The position numbers were made by a program, and so were the translations under genes. From the human T2T-CHM13v2.0 reference genome, Homo sapiens, in NCBI RefSeq assembly GCF_009914755.1, contig NC_060925.1: 64,000 nt of DNA; one strand, 5' to 3'. The notes below the pieces were generated by a model. The model had not been told where the DNA came from and ran no database searches. It saw only the letters and a list, made by a program, of their open reading frames with translations. Positions 1-14,627 of the stretch are shown here, piece after piece (the first letter of the stretch is position 1; each line of letters starts with the position of its first letter).

Positions 1-101
1 CATGTTGGCTAGGTTGGTCTTGAACTCCTGACCTCAAGTGATCCACCCGCCTTGGCCTCCGAAAGTGCTGAGATTACAGGTGTGAGCTACCATGCCCAGC
101 C
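1..101 (-). mobile_element. Alu left arm, truncated by window edge
   Basis: Reverse-strand Alu consensus (ctcctgacctcaagtgatccacccgccttggcctcc...). Confidence 0.9.
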
Positions 102-140
102 ACAACACTTCTTTAAATGTTCAAGGAATGCTCTCAAGTT

Positions 141-425
141 CGTTTTGTTTTGTTTTTGAGACAGGGTCTCATTCTGTCACCCAGGCTGGAATGCAGTAAT
201 GTGATCTCCGCCTCCTGGGCTCAAGTGATTCTCCCACCTCAGCCTCCTGGTAGCTGGGATTACAGGTGTGCACCACCACACCTGGTTAATTTTTGTATTT
301 TTTTTGTAGAGATGGGGTTTCACCATGTTGCAAAAGGCTGGTCTTGAACTCTTGGGCTCAGGTGATCCGCTGGCCTTGACCTCCCAAAGTGCTGGGATTA
401 CAGGCATGACCCACTGAGCCTGGCC
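141..425 (-). mobile_element. Alu (AluJ-like) with TSD tgctctcaagtt
   Basis: Alu consensus; direct repeat at 129-140 and 426-437. Confidence 0.9.
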
Positions 426-2047
426 TGCTCTCAAGTTTTCAAGTTTTTTTTTTTTATTTTTTTTTAAGAAATCTTGTTCCCAAGCTAACATTACTCAGCC
501 TCTTAGCTCTTTATGACATGATAAGATTACCATCTTTACACCACTCTAAGGGTACTTTGGTATGTAATTAATTGGGAGTATATGGGACTGATGCTTGATC
601 AAAAGATGCACTTCCACTCTTTCTGAGTATAAATGAGCCTGAAATTTGTTTTTTTTTGTGTGTGTTTAGTATTGTTGTTATACTGTTGTCTTTCATTGAT
701 TTGTGTCACTTACAATGCTAAGGTCTTGTGTGTATGGCTATTATGCCAAGTCCTATACTTTGGTATTGCCTTTAAAAATTTTATTATATTTTGCCTTTAT
801 GATTTGGATTCATTATTTCAGCTAATCAAGATAATTTCAAAACCTGATTCTGTTAACTTAATGTATTAGCTGTCTTTCCCACCTCTGTGTTGTATGCAGC
901 TTAAGTAAACATACAAATATTTACAAAAAATATTTGCTAAAACAGGACCAAAAAAGAGAAAATTGTATAAAATATCAAGAGATATTTCTCAATTCTACTT
1001 TGGATCATTAATTTACATGCTGCTTCTAGTTTTCAGCTAGCTCTTGGGCTCACTAACTTTGTTGATCTGGCCACTTTTTTTGGTATTTTTCATAAGGCTA
1101 TCATGAGAAACTTTCAGAACTTTGCTGGGATCAAGGTATCCTTCACTTGGTATTCTCCAATCTACCAGGATTTGTTGGTCAGTTATTTGTGGAGGTAAGG
1201 TATAGGAAGGAATCCAGGATGACTGAGCTGTTCCAGGTTGGAAGATGGGGCAGTATTGTGGATGTCCATGTCATTCATTGAGGTATGGCACCACAGAGAA
1301 GGGCTGGTTGGGGTTAAGTTCAACTTGGGCGAAGTAGAACCTGTGGGGCCTCTGGATGCACAAATGGAGCCCATCCAGAGGGTGGCTGACCATTCAGGGC
1401 TGGTACATGGCGGGTGGTGAAATCTAGTTGCACACAGTATAAGCAGTGTTGGAGGTGCAGGGCGCATAGCCAGGCAGAACCTATAGTATGCAGAGAAGAG
1501 GTTCAGGTAGTGGGGGTTGGGGGGAGGTAGTAAACATTGCCAAGTTAAAGGTGTTTATGCCTGATCGCCTTCATTTTCTTGGTCAAATGGGAAGAAACCT
1601 CATCTATTTTAAGAGGGAGAACTAGAGATTTGAGAGCGGTGAATATTTGGAGTCAATGTGGGAAATAGGAAAGGGAGCTTGCCAGGGATGGGAAAAGGAA
1701 TGCTAAGCATAATTGGGGCATTCTTCCCAGCTTCCCCCTTCTTTGCTGCCCTTAAAGACAAACACACAGACCCATCCCCTTCTTTTTAGGGATTTTTACT
1801 GCAAAACACTCCAGCAGTGGTTCTCACTGGGGGATTATATCAGAAAATGAAGGAGAGGGGTTATGTATGTGCATGGAAGTGGCACTGGTATTTGATATAT
1901 TCTCTAAGGAATCCCTGTATTTGCAAAGGAATCACAAATGGGGGAAATGAGTGAGTGATCGTGTTTTGGTGGGGAGGGGCTGGTAATCCTAACCTCACCT
2001 ACTAGAACTGAGTCTGTTTTTTCTAAAGTCAATTTCCTTTAAAATTG

Positions 2048-2431
2048 CCCCTTCTTCCCCTCATCCCCTCTTCCTTCTTCCTCTCTGTCCTTCTTTCCTC
2101 CTCCTCTTCTTTTCTCTTTCCCTCCCTCCCTCCCTTTCTTCCTTCTCTTTTTTTCTGAAACAGCGTCTTGCACGGTCACCCAGGCCTGAGTGCCCTGGTA
2201 CACAATCATAACTCACTGTAGCCTCCATCTCCTGGGCTCAAGTGATCCTCCCATCTCTGCCTCCTGAGTAGTGGGGACTACAGGAATGTGCTACTACACC
2301 CAGCTAATTTTTCTATTTTTTGTAGAGACGGGGTCTTGTTAATGTTGTCCAGGCTGGTCTTGAACTCCTGGCCTGAAGCAGTCCTCCTACCTGGGCCTCC
2401 TAAAGTGCTGGAATTACAGGCATGAGCCCGA
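2048..2431 (-). mobile_element. AluJ with tail expanded into a CT-rich low-complexity tract
   Basis: Pyrimidine tract 2048-2155 followed by a degenerate reverse Alu. Confidence 0.8.
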
Positions 2432-3038
2432 CTGAGAACTGAGTCTTTTGGGCTCCAGCCTAAAAGCATCTTATTGGGATTTTAATAGAAGAGAAAATGT
2501 CCTCTTGGTTTACTTTTGGATACCTCCTCACTATTATGTGTTACCTCTCCTGGGTATTTATTCCTTGGAAAGCAGGGAGCATTCTCTTAGCACCCTACAC
2601 TTACCACTTTGTGTGGTGAGGATCAATTTCTTTGTATCCCTACTGGCTATAAGCATGTCTCCCTATTTTGTATTCCAGCACAGTGCCTGGCTCATGGTGG
2701 ACCAGAGACAGATGGATGGACTGTTTTTTGATGTGAAGACTGAATTAGCCCTGGCAGTGCTGTTTCCCAGGGCCCTATCTCTGGGAGTCCTCCTGCTGGA
2801 AGGGAAGTGCTCTCATAGCTGATAGTTAAGACATGTACAGTCATGCATTGCTTAACAATGGGGATACATTCTAAGAAATGTGTCCTTAACACAATTTTAT
2901 CATTGTGTGAACATCATAGAGTGCACTTAACACAAACCTAGATGGAATAGCCTACCACACACCTAGGCTTTATGACATAACCTGTTGCTCCTAGGCTACA
3001 AACCTGTACAGCATTTACTGTACTGAATACAGTACAGT

Positions 3039-3261
3039 ACTGTACTGAATACATTGTGTAGGCAGATGCTACACAATGCCAAGTATTTGTGTATCTAAAT
3101 ACTACATTGTATAGTATTTACTGTACTGAATACATGGTGTAGACAGATGCTACACAATGCCAAGTATTTGTGTATCTAAATTCTACATTGTATAGTATTT
3201 ACTGTACTGAATACATGGTGTAGACAGATGCTACACAATGCCAAGTATTTGTGTATCTAAA
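3039..3261. repeat. 81-bp tandem repeat, ~2.7 copies, inside Tigger3
   Basis: Unit starting actgtactgaatac recurs at 3039, 3120 and 3201. Confidence 0.9.
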
Positions 3262-3308
3262 CATAGAAAAGGTACAGTTAAAAAATGTAGTATAAAAGAT
3301 TAAAAATT

Positions 3309-3601
<293 letters not shown>

Positions 3602-3851
3602 GATAAAAAATGTTACACCACCTCTGTGGAGCAATTACTGTGAATGGAGCTTGCAGGACTAGAAGTTGCTCTAGGTGAATCACTGAGTGAGTGGTGAGTG
3701 AAAGTGGAGGGCTAGGACATTACTGAACATTACTGTAGGCTTTATAAACACTGTACACTTAGGCAACACTAAATTGATTTTAAAAATTTCTTTTTTCAAT
3801 AAATTAACCTTAGCTTAGTTTCTTTTTTATTTTATAAACTTTTTTATTTAA

Positions 3852-4166
<315 letters not shown>

Positions 4167-6195
4167 TTTGATTCTTTTTAATAACACTTATCTGAAAACA
4201 AACCCATTGTATGGCTGTAGAAAAAGATTTTCTTTATATCCTTATTTTATAAGCTTTCTTCTATTTTTACAATTATGTTATTATTATTTTATTACTTTTT
4301 TGTTAAAAACGAAGACTCAGACACACACATTAGCCTAGGTCTGTCAGAACCATCAATATCATTGTCGTCCACCTCCACATCTTGTCCCACTGGAAGGTCT
4401 TCAGGGGTAATAACACACATGGAGCTGTCATCTCCTATGAGAACAATGCCTCCTTCTGGACTGCCTCCTGAAGGACTTTCCTGAGGCTGTTTTACAGTTA
4501 ATTGTGTGTGTGGTTTTTTTTAATAAATAGAAGGAATACACTGTAAAATCATGATAAAAAGTATAGTGTAGTAAATGCTTAAGCCAGTAACATAGTCATT
4601 TATTATCATTGTCAACTATTATGTACTGCACATAATTGTATGTGCTAGACTTTTATATGACCGTCAGTGCAGTAGGTTTATTTACACCAGCATCACCTCA
4701 AACACGTGAGTAATGTGTTGCGCTGCGGTGTTATGATGGCTACAGCGTCTCTAGGTGATAGGAATTTTCAGCTCCATTATAATCTTATGAGACCACCATT
4801 GTATATGTGGTCTGTCATTGACTGAAACATCGTTATGCAGTGCATGACTGTACTTCAGACCTTTTCATGTTTTTCCCTACTAAGAAATCAGTGTCAATTA
4901 AAGTTTATGTAAACCATCTTTAATGAAAAGTATAAACATTATTTCATTCAACAGGTCTCTGGAAAAGTTTCTTTGATGTCCACAATTCCTGTGAATCAAG
5001 ATGGACTAATTATAATGTAGAGTTCATGTCTAGACGCTCTTGTAAATTGCTACAGAAGTATTTCCCTTATCTGTTTCAGCTGCTCTTCGCTAGGCCAAAT
5101 AGTATCCCAGCTTTCTGCCAGCTACTAGCTACCTGTAGAGGTATATGAAGTAGGTGTGCTTTTCCAGTTTTACTGTATATTCCTATACTTAATAATCACC
5201 AAACTCTTGCAGGCCCTTAACATATGTTAGTAATGAGCATCCTTTGGTTTTATCACTTTTTACCATTTTTCTTGCCTGATTCATGCATTAAAGTGAATGA
5301 ACAGGGGTAGCTGCTTCCTACCAGAAGCCTTGGTTTTCTGGGGAAATTTGTAAAGATCTCTAGATTAGTTCTTGATTTGGCATGACTGATTAAGCAAGCA
5401 GCTGTTCACTAAGAGGCAAAGCTGAGAGTAGAACAATTTAATTGGCTTCTATCTGTTGAGCTTTTAATGGAAGTCACAGCTTGAATATATGGAGCTCTTT
5501 ATTTAGTTTTAAATGAAACATTTTTCCAAAGGGAGACTCTAAACATATATCCCAAAGTCTTACCTGATAATAATTCTGTTCAAAATATAATATTCATCCA
5601 TTAGAACAAAGACTTAAAAACTCGATTTTTGGGCGAGGGTGGGATGATACATTTTTTAATGGTGAATTGTTTGAGTGCTTTTAAATACATTAGTTAAATG
5701 AACAATTCATAAAATGGATAAGGTATGATATGTTTTATGACACCTTTTAACATTCATGAAATAAATGCTTTGTATACATTGAATTTTAACAAACTAAATG
5801 AGCAGCCCGTGCCCACCTTCTGCTCTAGGATCAGCAGAGAGCATACGAAAGTCTTCAGGGGAAACCTCCTCACATTTAAGATTAGATTCTCCATTCTCTT
5901 CTGATTACTGATTATATTTTTTTTCCAATTTTGTGTCCATCTGGCCTCCAGATACCTATTTGCTTTAATCTTAGAAAAGCATTATTCTCCTTACATCCCA
6001 CTTAGCAAATTATGGTAATGCTTAATTTATGTACAAAACTTTTATGTATTGTTTGGTTAATATTAAACCTAGGCTAAAAGACCACAAATTAAAATTTTAA
6101 TACCCAATAAACATATGTTGAATTAAAAAGAAGTAAAAGAGCAGTAAAGTTAATGGAGTCTCATAGAGAAGAATTGTAATATCAATATTTTTACC

Positions 6196-6200
<5 letters not shown>

Positions 6201-6254
<54 letters not shown>
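6201..6254. repeat. (CA)27 microsatellite
   Basis: Perfect dinucleotide run. Confidence 0.98.
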
Positions 6255-6256
<2 letters not shown>

Positions 6257-6829
6257 GAATGAGGAAAGAATTCATTATAGACATATGAATTCTGATGGAA
6301 GGGGCCCTGTGGGAGATTGATTCTTATTACGATATCCTGGTTGGAAGGGAATGAAGTGGGGTTATTGCTAGTGCAGTCAATGACTTGGCTTTTCTCTGGT
6401 GAATTGATTTCAGTAGGTGACTTTATTTCTTTGCATTAGGCAGCTGGAAATGTGTATTGATTTATTTCTTTTTCATTTGAGAATCAGCTTTATCAAAGAT
6501 GGAGCCATAGAAATGCTGTATTTGCTGGATATGAGCAAATGCCTTAGTGCCTTTTTTTTTTTTTTTTTTGCTCTGAATGTTCCTAAGATTTTTAGGAGCC
6601 AAATAAAGTTCAGCTCAATGAGATAGAAAACACACTTTGAGTGTGCATATATGCATAGTACTATTCTTTCTGCTAACTCGATTGTTAAGACCTGAAGCTC
6701 TTTTATAAAAATCTTTTTTTTTTTTTTTTTTTAATAAGGGATACAAAGCCCTGCAGGCCTTTTGCTCCAAGAATGTGTGTGATTGAAGAGCATGTTTTAA
6801 AAGTTAAATTCTCATTTGTGCAGTGACGG

Positions 6830-7733
6830 TGTTAGCGGTGGAGGGTGTTCAGGTTCTTGGCATTTTGAACAAAGAATTAGACAAAATGCACAAAGCAAGG
6901 AAGGAATGAAGCAATGAAAGTAGCGATTTATTAAAAATGAAAGTACACTCCACAGGGTGGGAGTTGGTCCTACCATAGGGGCTCAAGAGCCCGGTTACAG
7001 AATTTTCTAGGGCTTAAATACCTGCTACAGGTTTCCCATTGGCCACTTGTTGTACACCCCATGCAAATGAAGTAGTGGCCCACAATCTAGGCCGGTTGTG
7101 GTGCCTCACGCCTGTAATCCCAGCACTTTAGGAGGCTGAGGTGGGCAGATCACGAGGTCAGGAGTTCAAGACCAGTCTGGCCAACATGGTGAAACCCCGT
7201 CTCTACTAAAAATACAAAAATTAACCGAGTGTGGTGGTGCGTGCCTGTAATCCCAGCCGCTCGCGATGATGAGGCAGCAGAATTGCTTGAATCCGGGAGG
7301 CGGAGGTTGCAGTGAGCTGAGATCTATCGCACCACTGCACTCTAGCCTGGGGGACACAGCAAGACTCCATCTGGAGGCGGGGTTGGGGGCGTGGCGGGGG
7401 GGAGGGGAAGTTACACTTCTGTGCAAAGGAAGACTTGGCTGGCAGTCAGTCAGATTGGTTGGGGAAAGCAACCAATCAGAGGCTGAAATGAAGTTATAAA
7501 GTTATACTCCTATGTAAACGTCTGATTGGTTGCGGAAAGCAACCAATCAGAGGTACTTTCAGTTTTCCATTTGCCACTCAGAAAAGTGAGGGAGGGGTTT
7601 TCAAAGCGAGTAACCTCCAGTTATTTTGTTAGTTAGGTGTGTAAAGTTGGGCTTTTCTGTTTGATTTAGTTCTAGGAAGTCAGTATGAATCGGCCTTAGG
7701 TTCCCTGCCTCCAGACCCTATTGTCTTGCCTCA
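6830..7733 (-). mobile_element. Solo ERV1 LTR, MER51-like, interrupted by an Alu (7090-7372, +)
   Basis: TG...CA ends; 4-bp TSD acgg/acag; minus strand begins tgaggcaagacaatagggtctggaggcagggaacctaaggccgattc (MER51-like); minus-strand AATAAA at 6927-6932. Confidence 0.8.
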
Positions 7734-8321
7734 ACAGTGCAATGGCTCTTTGCTAAGACTGTGTTCTTCTTAAGATTTTAATTTTGTTTTAAATGTTGTT
7801 TGTCCTGCTCCAAAATTAGTTTTTTAATTATGGAATTATTTTTTGTTTTGTTATTACAGGCAGTGTTAGTTCTATGGTTGTTGGCTTGATTGTTTCTTAG
7901 AAATTATGTAACCAACTCTTTCATATCATAGATGAGAAATTGAGGGATAAAGAAATCGATTTGTCATAAATTTAATTGAAATATTATTAGAAGAATAGTT
8001 TTTACTTATAGTACTTGAAATTCTCTGTTAATATTAAGACTTAGATAATTTTGAATATCATGATGTTAAAATTATAAATGACACCTCTAATATTGAGATC
8101 TTTAAGATAAAACAGACATAAGATACATGACAAATAGATGGTAAAGGTGAAGAAATATACAAAAGGTCAAAAATTCTTATAGTTTATATTCTTAACATTT
8201 GTTCTAAATTTTAAAAATTACTAAAATTACAAGACATATTTCTTAAAATAAAAAAATTACTCTAGGTTTATTATGAGACAACAATTTATAGCTGTCATTT
8301 ATCTTAACAGGTTGAAGAAAT

Positions 8322-8476
8322 ATGGAGATCAACACAAAACTGCTCATCAGTGTTACCTGTATCAGCTTTTTCACCTTTCAGCTTCTTTTCTACTTTGTAA
8401 GTTACTGGTTTTCAGCAAAAGTTTCTCCAGGTTTCAATAGTCTCAGCTTCAAAAAGAAGATTGAATGGAACTCAAG
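8322..8476 (+). CDS. TLCD4: TLCD4/TMEM56 coding exon 1 (exon starts 8311 with 11 nt of 5'UTR); [51 protein letters not shown](R)
   Basis: Acceptor ttaacAG|GTTGAAG at 8310/8311; ATG at 8322 in strong context (aatATGG); donor AG|GTAAAG at 8476/8477; hydrophobic N-terminus recognised as human TMEM56; 155 nt, phase 2. Confidence 0.95.
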
Positions 8477-9087
8477 GTAAAGCATATGAAAATGTAATTG
8501 ATGACAAGAAACTAGTTTATGAGATAAAATTATTTAAAATATTTCAAAAAAGTATTTCATTTAGGATCTAATGTAAGGCCAAATTTTTATTTGATCTTAG
8601 AAATAAAAGGAAAAACAAGTAGATGATCTCATGCAAAAAAAAGTTTAAGAATTCATATATTGAAAGATGTTAGGAGAAATTTACTTAAGTTTCTGAGGAA
8701 GTGTGTGAAGATGAAGTAGACTCCAGCTGACTGTGGATGAATACTAGTACTTTCGTGTTCTTCTTTGAAATATTTATAACAAACATATTCTTTGGAAACA
8801 AAGATGGAAGAAAAAATTAGTTGTACTTTTGAGTAGCTTATACCATACAGCATTGGCCAACTTAGCCAGACCTGGGGCAGTTAGACTCTACACATCAGGG
8901 AACAAAGTGTACAGTCAGTGCATATGAATCTTTTAATGAACTTTGCATTATAATTTAGAGCCCTCCAGCATTTATTATTTTGTTATATAATTTTAAAGTA
9001 AAAATTTCTTTTTAGTTTTTTTTTTTTAAACAGAAAAGTAAATGGAGAAAGAATTAGACATCTATTGATATAGAAATCTGCTGGAGT

Positions 9088-9417
<330 letters not shown>

Positions 9418-11495
9418 TAAAAAGTTGGTTGCAATTTTTTTGTGTGTGTACAACTTATTAATCTCACAAGATTTCAAACACAAAATGGCTCTGATGACTT
9501 CTTCACGTGCTTTAGAGCATTTTATGTCCCCAAACATCACTGTGCATTTGTAAACCTCAGTGAGTCAGAGCAGCCGTGGCCTTATTTTTTGTTGTTGCTA
9601 TTTAGTTGAAGTTAATACTAACCATAAAATGGATTCAGCAAGTCTCTAAAGTTTGCTATAATTATCTTTCATTGAAATTTCCTTTTAAAATTCAAGAAAT
9701 TCTGTCAGTGTCTGAGTATTTATTTGAGAATGGTCATATTTGATTTGAAATTCCCTTTGAACCAAATTGTTTTGCAGGCATCTACTTTTATGATTCAGAC
9801 TGTGAATTTAATAAGACTCTAGTTGTTTTTTTTTGTACTTTACAGTGATGTATCGGGTTCATACATGTCAAAGTTCTTTTCACCCAAAAAGCAAGAATTA
9901 TTTCTCCACATATTTTCAAAAAATAAGCAGTATGATTATTTTGTCTTAAGACTAGCACAAAAATATTGTTCAAATGCATTATACTAGAGATACCATTACT
10001 TTAAAAAATCTTTTCTAACATATGAAGATAGATGGAATGGTAGGAAAGAGAAGGGGGTACATACGTTCTCTGATTAAATGTTGAACTATTTTCATTTCCT
10101 CTTTCCTGTGGTTAGGATAGGTAAAGGCATTTGAATGTTAGGTAGCTGCAAGTCAGAGAAATAGGAAAGGGTACAGAGAGATGGAAGCCAAGATGAAAAT
10201 GAAATGAAATTGAAGAATATTTTGCATTATCTAGTCTTATCACTGCCATTCTATGACACAGGAAATACCATTTGGGAAACTGAATTTCTATTTGAAAAAG
10301 GAGTCTGGGATTATATAAAATTCATTTAGGTATTCAGTGGTGTTTTCTCTTTTTCTCAAGTTTGCTCCTGCTTCTCACTCCAGCTTTTTTTACAAAGGAC
10401 TTAAGCTGTAAGGTGGAGAGTGCAAAGTAGGACAAGGAGGCTGTATTTTGAGTAAAATATGTATAAATGTCTTAAAATTCAGCTTCCAGTTTGAAACATA
10501 CAGGTAAACACACATAATTCTTTCTAGTGATCAGGAAAGAGTCTCTAAACATGAGTTGAGAGTGGTCTGAGCCATCTAGTATAAAAAGAAATGGAGGAGA
10601 AAAAATCACTGGAAATGCCCATTTGAGAGACAACAGTTTAGTTAAAAGTGAGAAATTGTTGTACTGAATTGTTACTTTTTCTGAAAACGTGTATACTTAC
10701 AGGTGCTACATCTTATAATGTAAAAAAATTTTCTTAATTACTTATATTCACTTTCTTACCTATCACATCGAAAGTCTTATTGTGTTGAAATACTACTAAT
10801 TTTTAAATGTTTCTCTAAAATTTAGCTGAGTTATATAATTTCTGTTGGCAATATTTACACTACTTGTGATTAGTAACTTAAAATTGCTATTCTAAAATAG
10901 TCATTAATCATTTCCTTAGAGTGCTATCCCTTTATATGCACAAACATTTCTTTTCCACCCTCTTTGAAAAAAAATTGAAATATTTTATCTTGGGTAATAT
11001 CTTGGAATTTCTTTTTAGATACTAAGGAATCTAAATTTTCCTTTGCTAGGAATCTGATTTTAAATAATAAAATATAAAATTTTTATTAACAGAAGTTTCT
11101 GAAACTATAGTATAGACTTTTAATACAGAATAGTGTATGAGTGAGGGCAGGGTATTTGTTTTTCCTCCTCATTACAGAGGGAGATATTTGATTGGACCAA
11201 GTAATATTTAACTTTTCTGTACTGAATCATACACCATTTCCATCAGCTGAGGGCTTAGAATGCTTTCCATTTACCACATAACATCTCAAAAGAGAAGTGA
11301 ATCTGAGGCCTGAGTGTCAGAAATAAAAAGTTAGGTTTTTCAAAAGGGAGCTTTCTGACTATGGTTACCAAACAGTAAAACAAGTTTGTAAGAGAGATTA
11401 TATATTTTTAAATTTTATATAATTTTTGAATAGCAATAGAGAGTGGGCTGTATGACCATTTAAATGGAGTATTTTATTTTATATCAAGGAATTTA

Positions 11496-11836
<341 letters not shown>

Positions 11837-13121
11837 TGAAAATTATAGACTTGTAAACCAGATAAATTGGATTAATTATTCACATTTCAAAATGATTCTT
11901 AGGTATTATAAATGATACTTGGTCAATGCCTTTAAATTGGTGAGAATCTTTGCTTATTTAAAATATGGCTTGATTTAGCATGATACATCTATTTTGTAAC
12001 ACACTATTAGGTCAAGTATATTGGTTTCTAAAGTTACAATGAAATTTTCTGATACCAAACCTAATATTAGTTGATATATTTTACTTTTAAAGATTTGGGA
12101 TCATATTGTAGAGAAAAATTTATTGCACACCAGTAATTTTTAGAGAGAAAACTTTGCTGTACCTCTCATTTTTTATCCTAATGAAGTTTCATTACTTGTG
12201 AACTTCTCAATAAAGATGTGAGAAATCTGAAATTGTTGGGTAAAAAAACTTTATTGTATGGATGAATACACAGTATCCTAAGTATAGTTCTCTAAGTAAC
12301 ATAGAGCTTGGGAATTAGTCACATCATTAAATTTATTAACAAGATATATTCATAGAAACTTATGGTTTTTATGTTAAACTTATTCCTTCTATACAAGAAA
12401 ACTTGACCTGGATCTTGAGAACATTGTGCTTTCACTTGGGTATTTCTTTTAAAAACAAATTTTCCGTATACATTTATGGTCCTCAATTTTTCTATTTAGA
12501 AATGTTTTCATAATAATGATAAAGAGGGACTAATAATAGCTACCCTTGTTTTCTTACAAATTTGTTACAAGAATCAAGTGCAATAGTGCATGTCAACGTA
12601 CTTTAAAAACTGAAGCCTCCCAAGATAATAAATCTTCATATCATGATCCATTCGAATTGTTTTAAGGATATGGAGTTTGTTAAAGCCAGTAGATCTGGAA
12701 GTCATTCCCAGCTGATTGGAGCAGGAAACTTATCCTGCATTGATGCTGTTGGGGCTGGAGCTTGGAGCCAAGGGTAGTGGCCTTGCCAGTTGCCATCTGT
12801 CTGCACAAAAGTCTGTCAGCTGCATCATCATGTATGCATTTATCTGTCTTAGAACTTTTAACCAATAAGTGATTCACCAGTTCTCTAGCAGGAAATTGTA
12901 GGCCTTGGTATCTTCCTCCTTCTTTATTCCAAAGTAAAGCTGTGGCCTTTGGATTTCTAAATGGCAAGAAATGGCAATTTTGCATTATACTCTCCGTTAT
13001 ACTTCACACCTGTATATAAATGCTTCCAGGTATAACTTGTTCAGAATGTTCTGTGTCTTGTCAGGATTAAATTTTATTGCAAAGAATCTAAAATCTTTGT
13101 GTGTATTTTGTTTAATTTCAG

Positions 13122-13211
13122 GGTAGTATCCACATGCCATTCTTTGGTGGTTGGTATTTTTGGCCTGTACATTTTCTTATTCGATGAGGCTACTAAAGCT
13201 GATCCACTTTG
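13122..13211 (+). CDS. TLCD4: TLCD4 coding exon 2; (R)[29 protein letters not shown](W)
   Basis: tttcAG|G acceptor and TG|GTAAGC donor; 90 nt; continues the frame; RxVSTxH is typical of the start of a TLC domain. Confidence 0.95.
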
Positions 13212-14627
13212 GTAAGCTGTTTCTTTTTCTAAGATTGCCAATTTCATTTATGTTTTGATATTAATTATTTATAAGAACATCACTTACTTTAAAACAGAAA
13301 ACATATTGATCGTATATGCCTTATTAAAATGCTTGTGCTCAGACATTCTAGCAAAGTGCATTTAAATGATTTATTTTAGATTTGAACACAAATGAAGGCC
13401 ATTTTGCCTTAGTGTAGCAATTGTTATCCAAAACAAGGAGAATATGATGATAATTTAAACATTTTTACTGTGTTAATGAGTAAAGCCAAGTTATTGTAGT
13501 CACAGTTCTGAAGAAAAATAAATCATTATTGAGATAGGGTGGTCAACTTGGATAATATCTACTTAAGACTTTTTTGTCTCCAATTTATGTTTGACTCATT
13601 TGATATCAAAGAGATGAAATGAGAGTTACAGATGGCCATGTGATAGGAATTTAGTACCACAGGATTTGAAGCACTAATGCACTAATAATAACTGTGTTCA
13701 GTAGTAATAGGATAACATGTAAGATGGTCCTTTTAGAAAAATTTAAATGTCATTCCAATGGCAGAAATTTTGCAAACTGTTTCCTGGTGTTATATGAGAA
13801 GGCTTAGTTCAGCTTAGTTTGAGAGAGCAGGCATGTTTGAAGAAGCACTGCACTGAGATGAGGTAGTTGTGGGCTCCGGGGGATGTAGGGCAATTTAGCC
13901 TTTTCTTTTGACCACCACCATTTGACTGCAAGGACGTTTTTCTATTCATAAATATAAAATTATTCCCAGAAGAATAATATCAGTATTGATACATTTTCAT
14001 TGGGATGCTGTTTTTCAAAGAGAATTAATTTATTGAATTTAATTCCATGACTAGGTTTTTAAATAGTCTACCTACAAAATTTCTAGCTTTTTAAAAATTT
14101 TCGTTTTCATTTTACTAACGTGACCATCAGCAAAATAAAACCAGTTCTTTTGGGAAGTAAATTTCATAACAAAGATTTGATTCATTGTTCAAGTTTTGCC
14201 TTATCGAACTTTAACATAATTTTTGATTTGAATTTTATGTCATGATTTACTCCAGGTCAAATTTTCCTGGTTATATTTACAGATCAAAATTTGTAAAGAA
14301 GGCACAACTTGTGCTAAATCTTTCTATTAAATATTTGTAGTCCAGCTATTTTAGTTAGTGTTACTTTCACTAGTAGTTCACTTTGTAACTATCTTACTAT
14401 GTAAGATAACAGCAGTAGTTACCTTACTGCTAACACCAGTACCACATGATGCGTCACAGTTTGGCTAAACTGTCATTGTGTGTTTTGCAATTTTATTTGA
14501 AGATGACAGCTTACCATTTGAGAATCTATAGAAAGCAATTTTATTATATTTAAATCTCTATAGAAAAAAGAAGTAGCGGTCATCTACAATCTATATACTT
14601 TAAAAAGGAACCTTTTTTTTTTTTCAG

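Noticed and set aside
3039-3261. CRISPR-like repeat-spacer appearance
   Set aside because: The apparent spacers are identical between units, so it is a plain tandem duplication in a eukaryotic transposon; no cas genes.
9825-9900. Strong-looking acceptor (T-rich tract + tacAG at 9845) as an extra exon
   Set aside because: No convincing paired donor identified, and the CDS is already complete and in frame without it.
12680-12985. 101-aa minus-strand ORF in non-repeat sequence
   Set aside because: No recognisable domain or exon structure; the length is compatible with chance.
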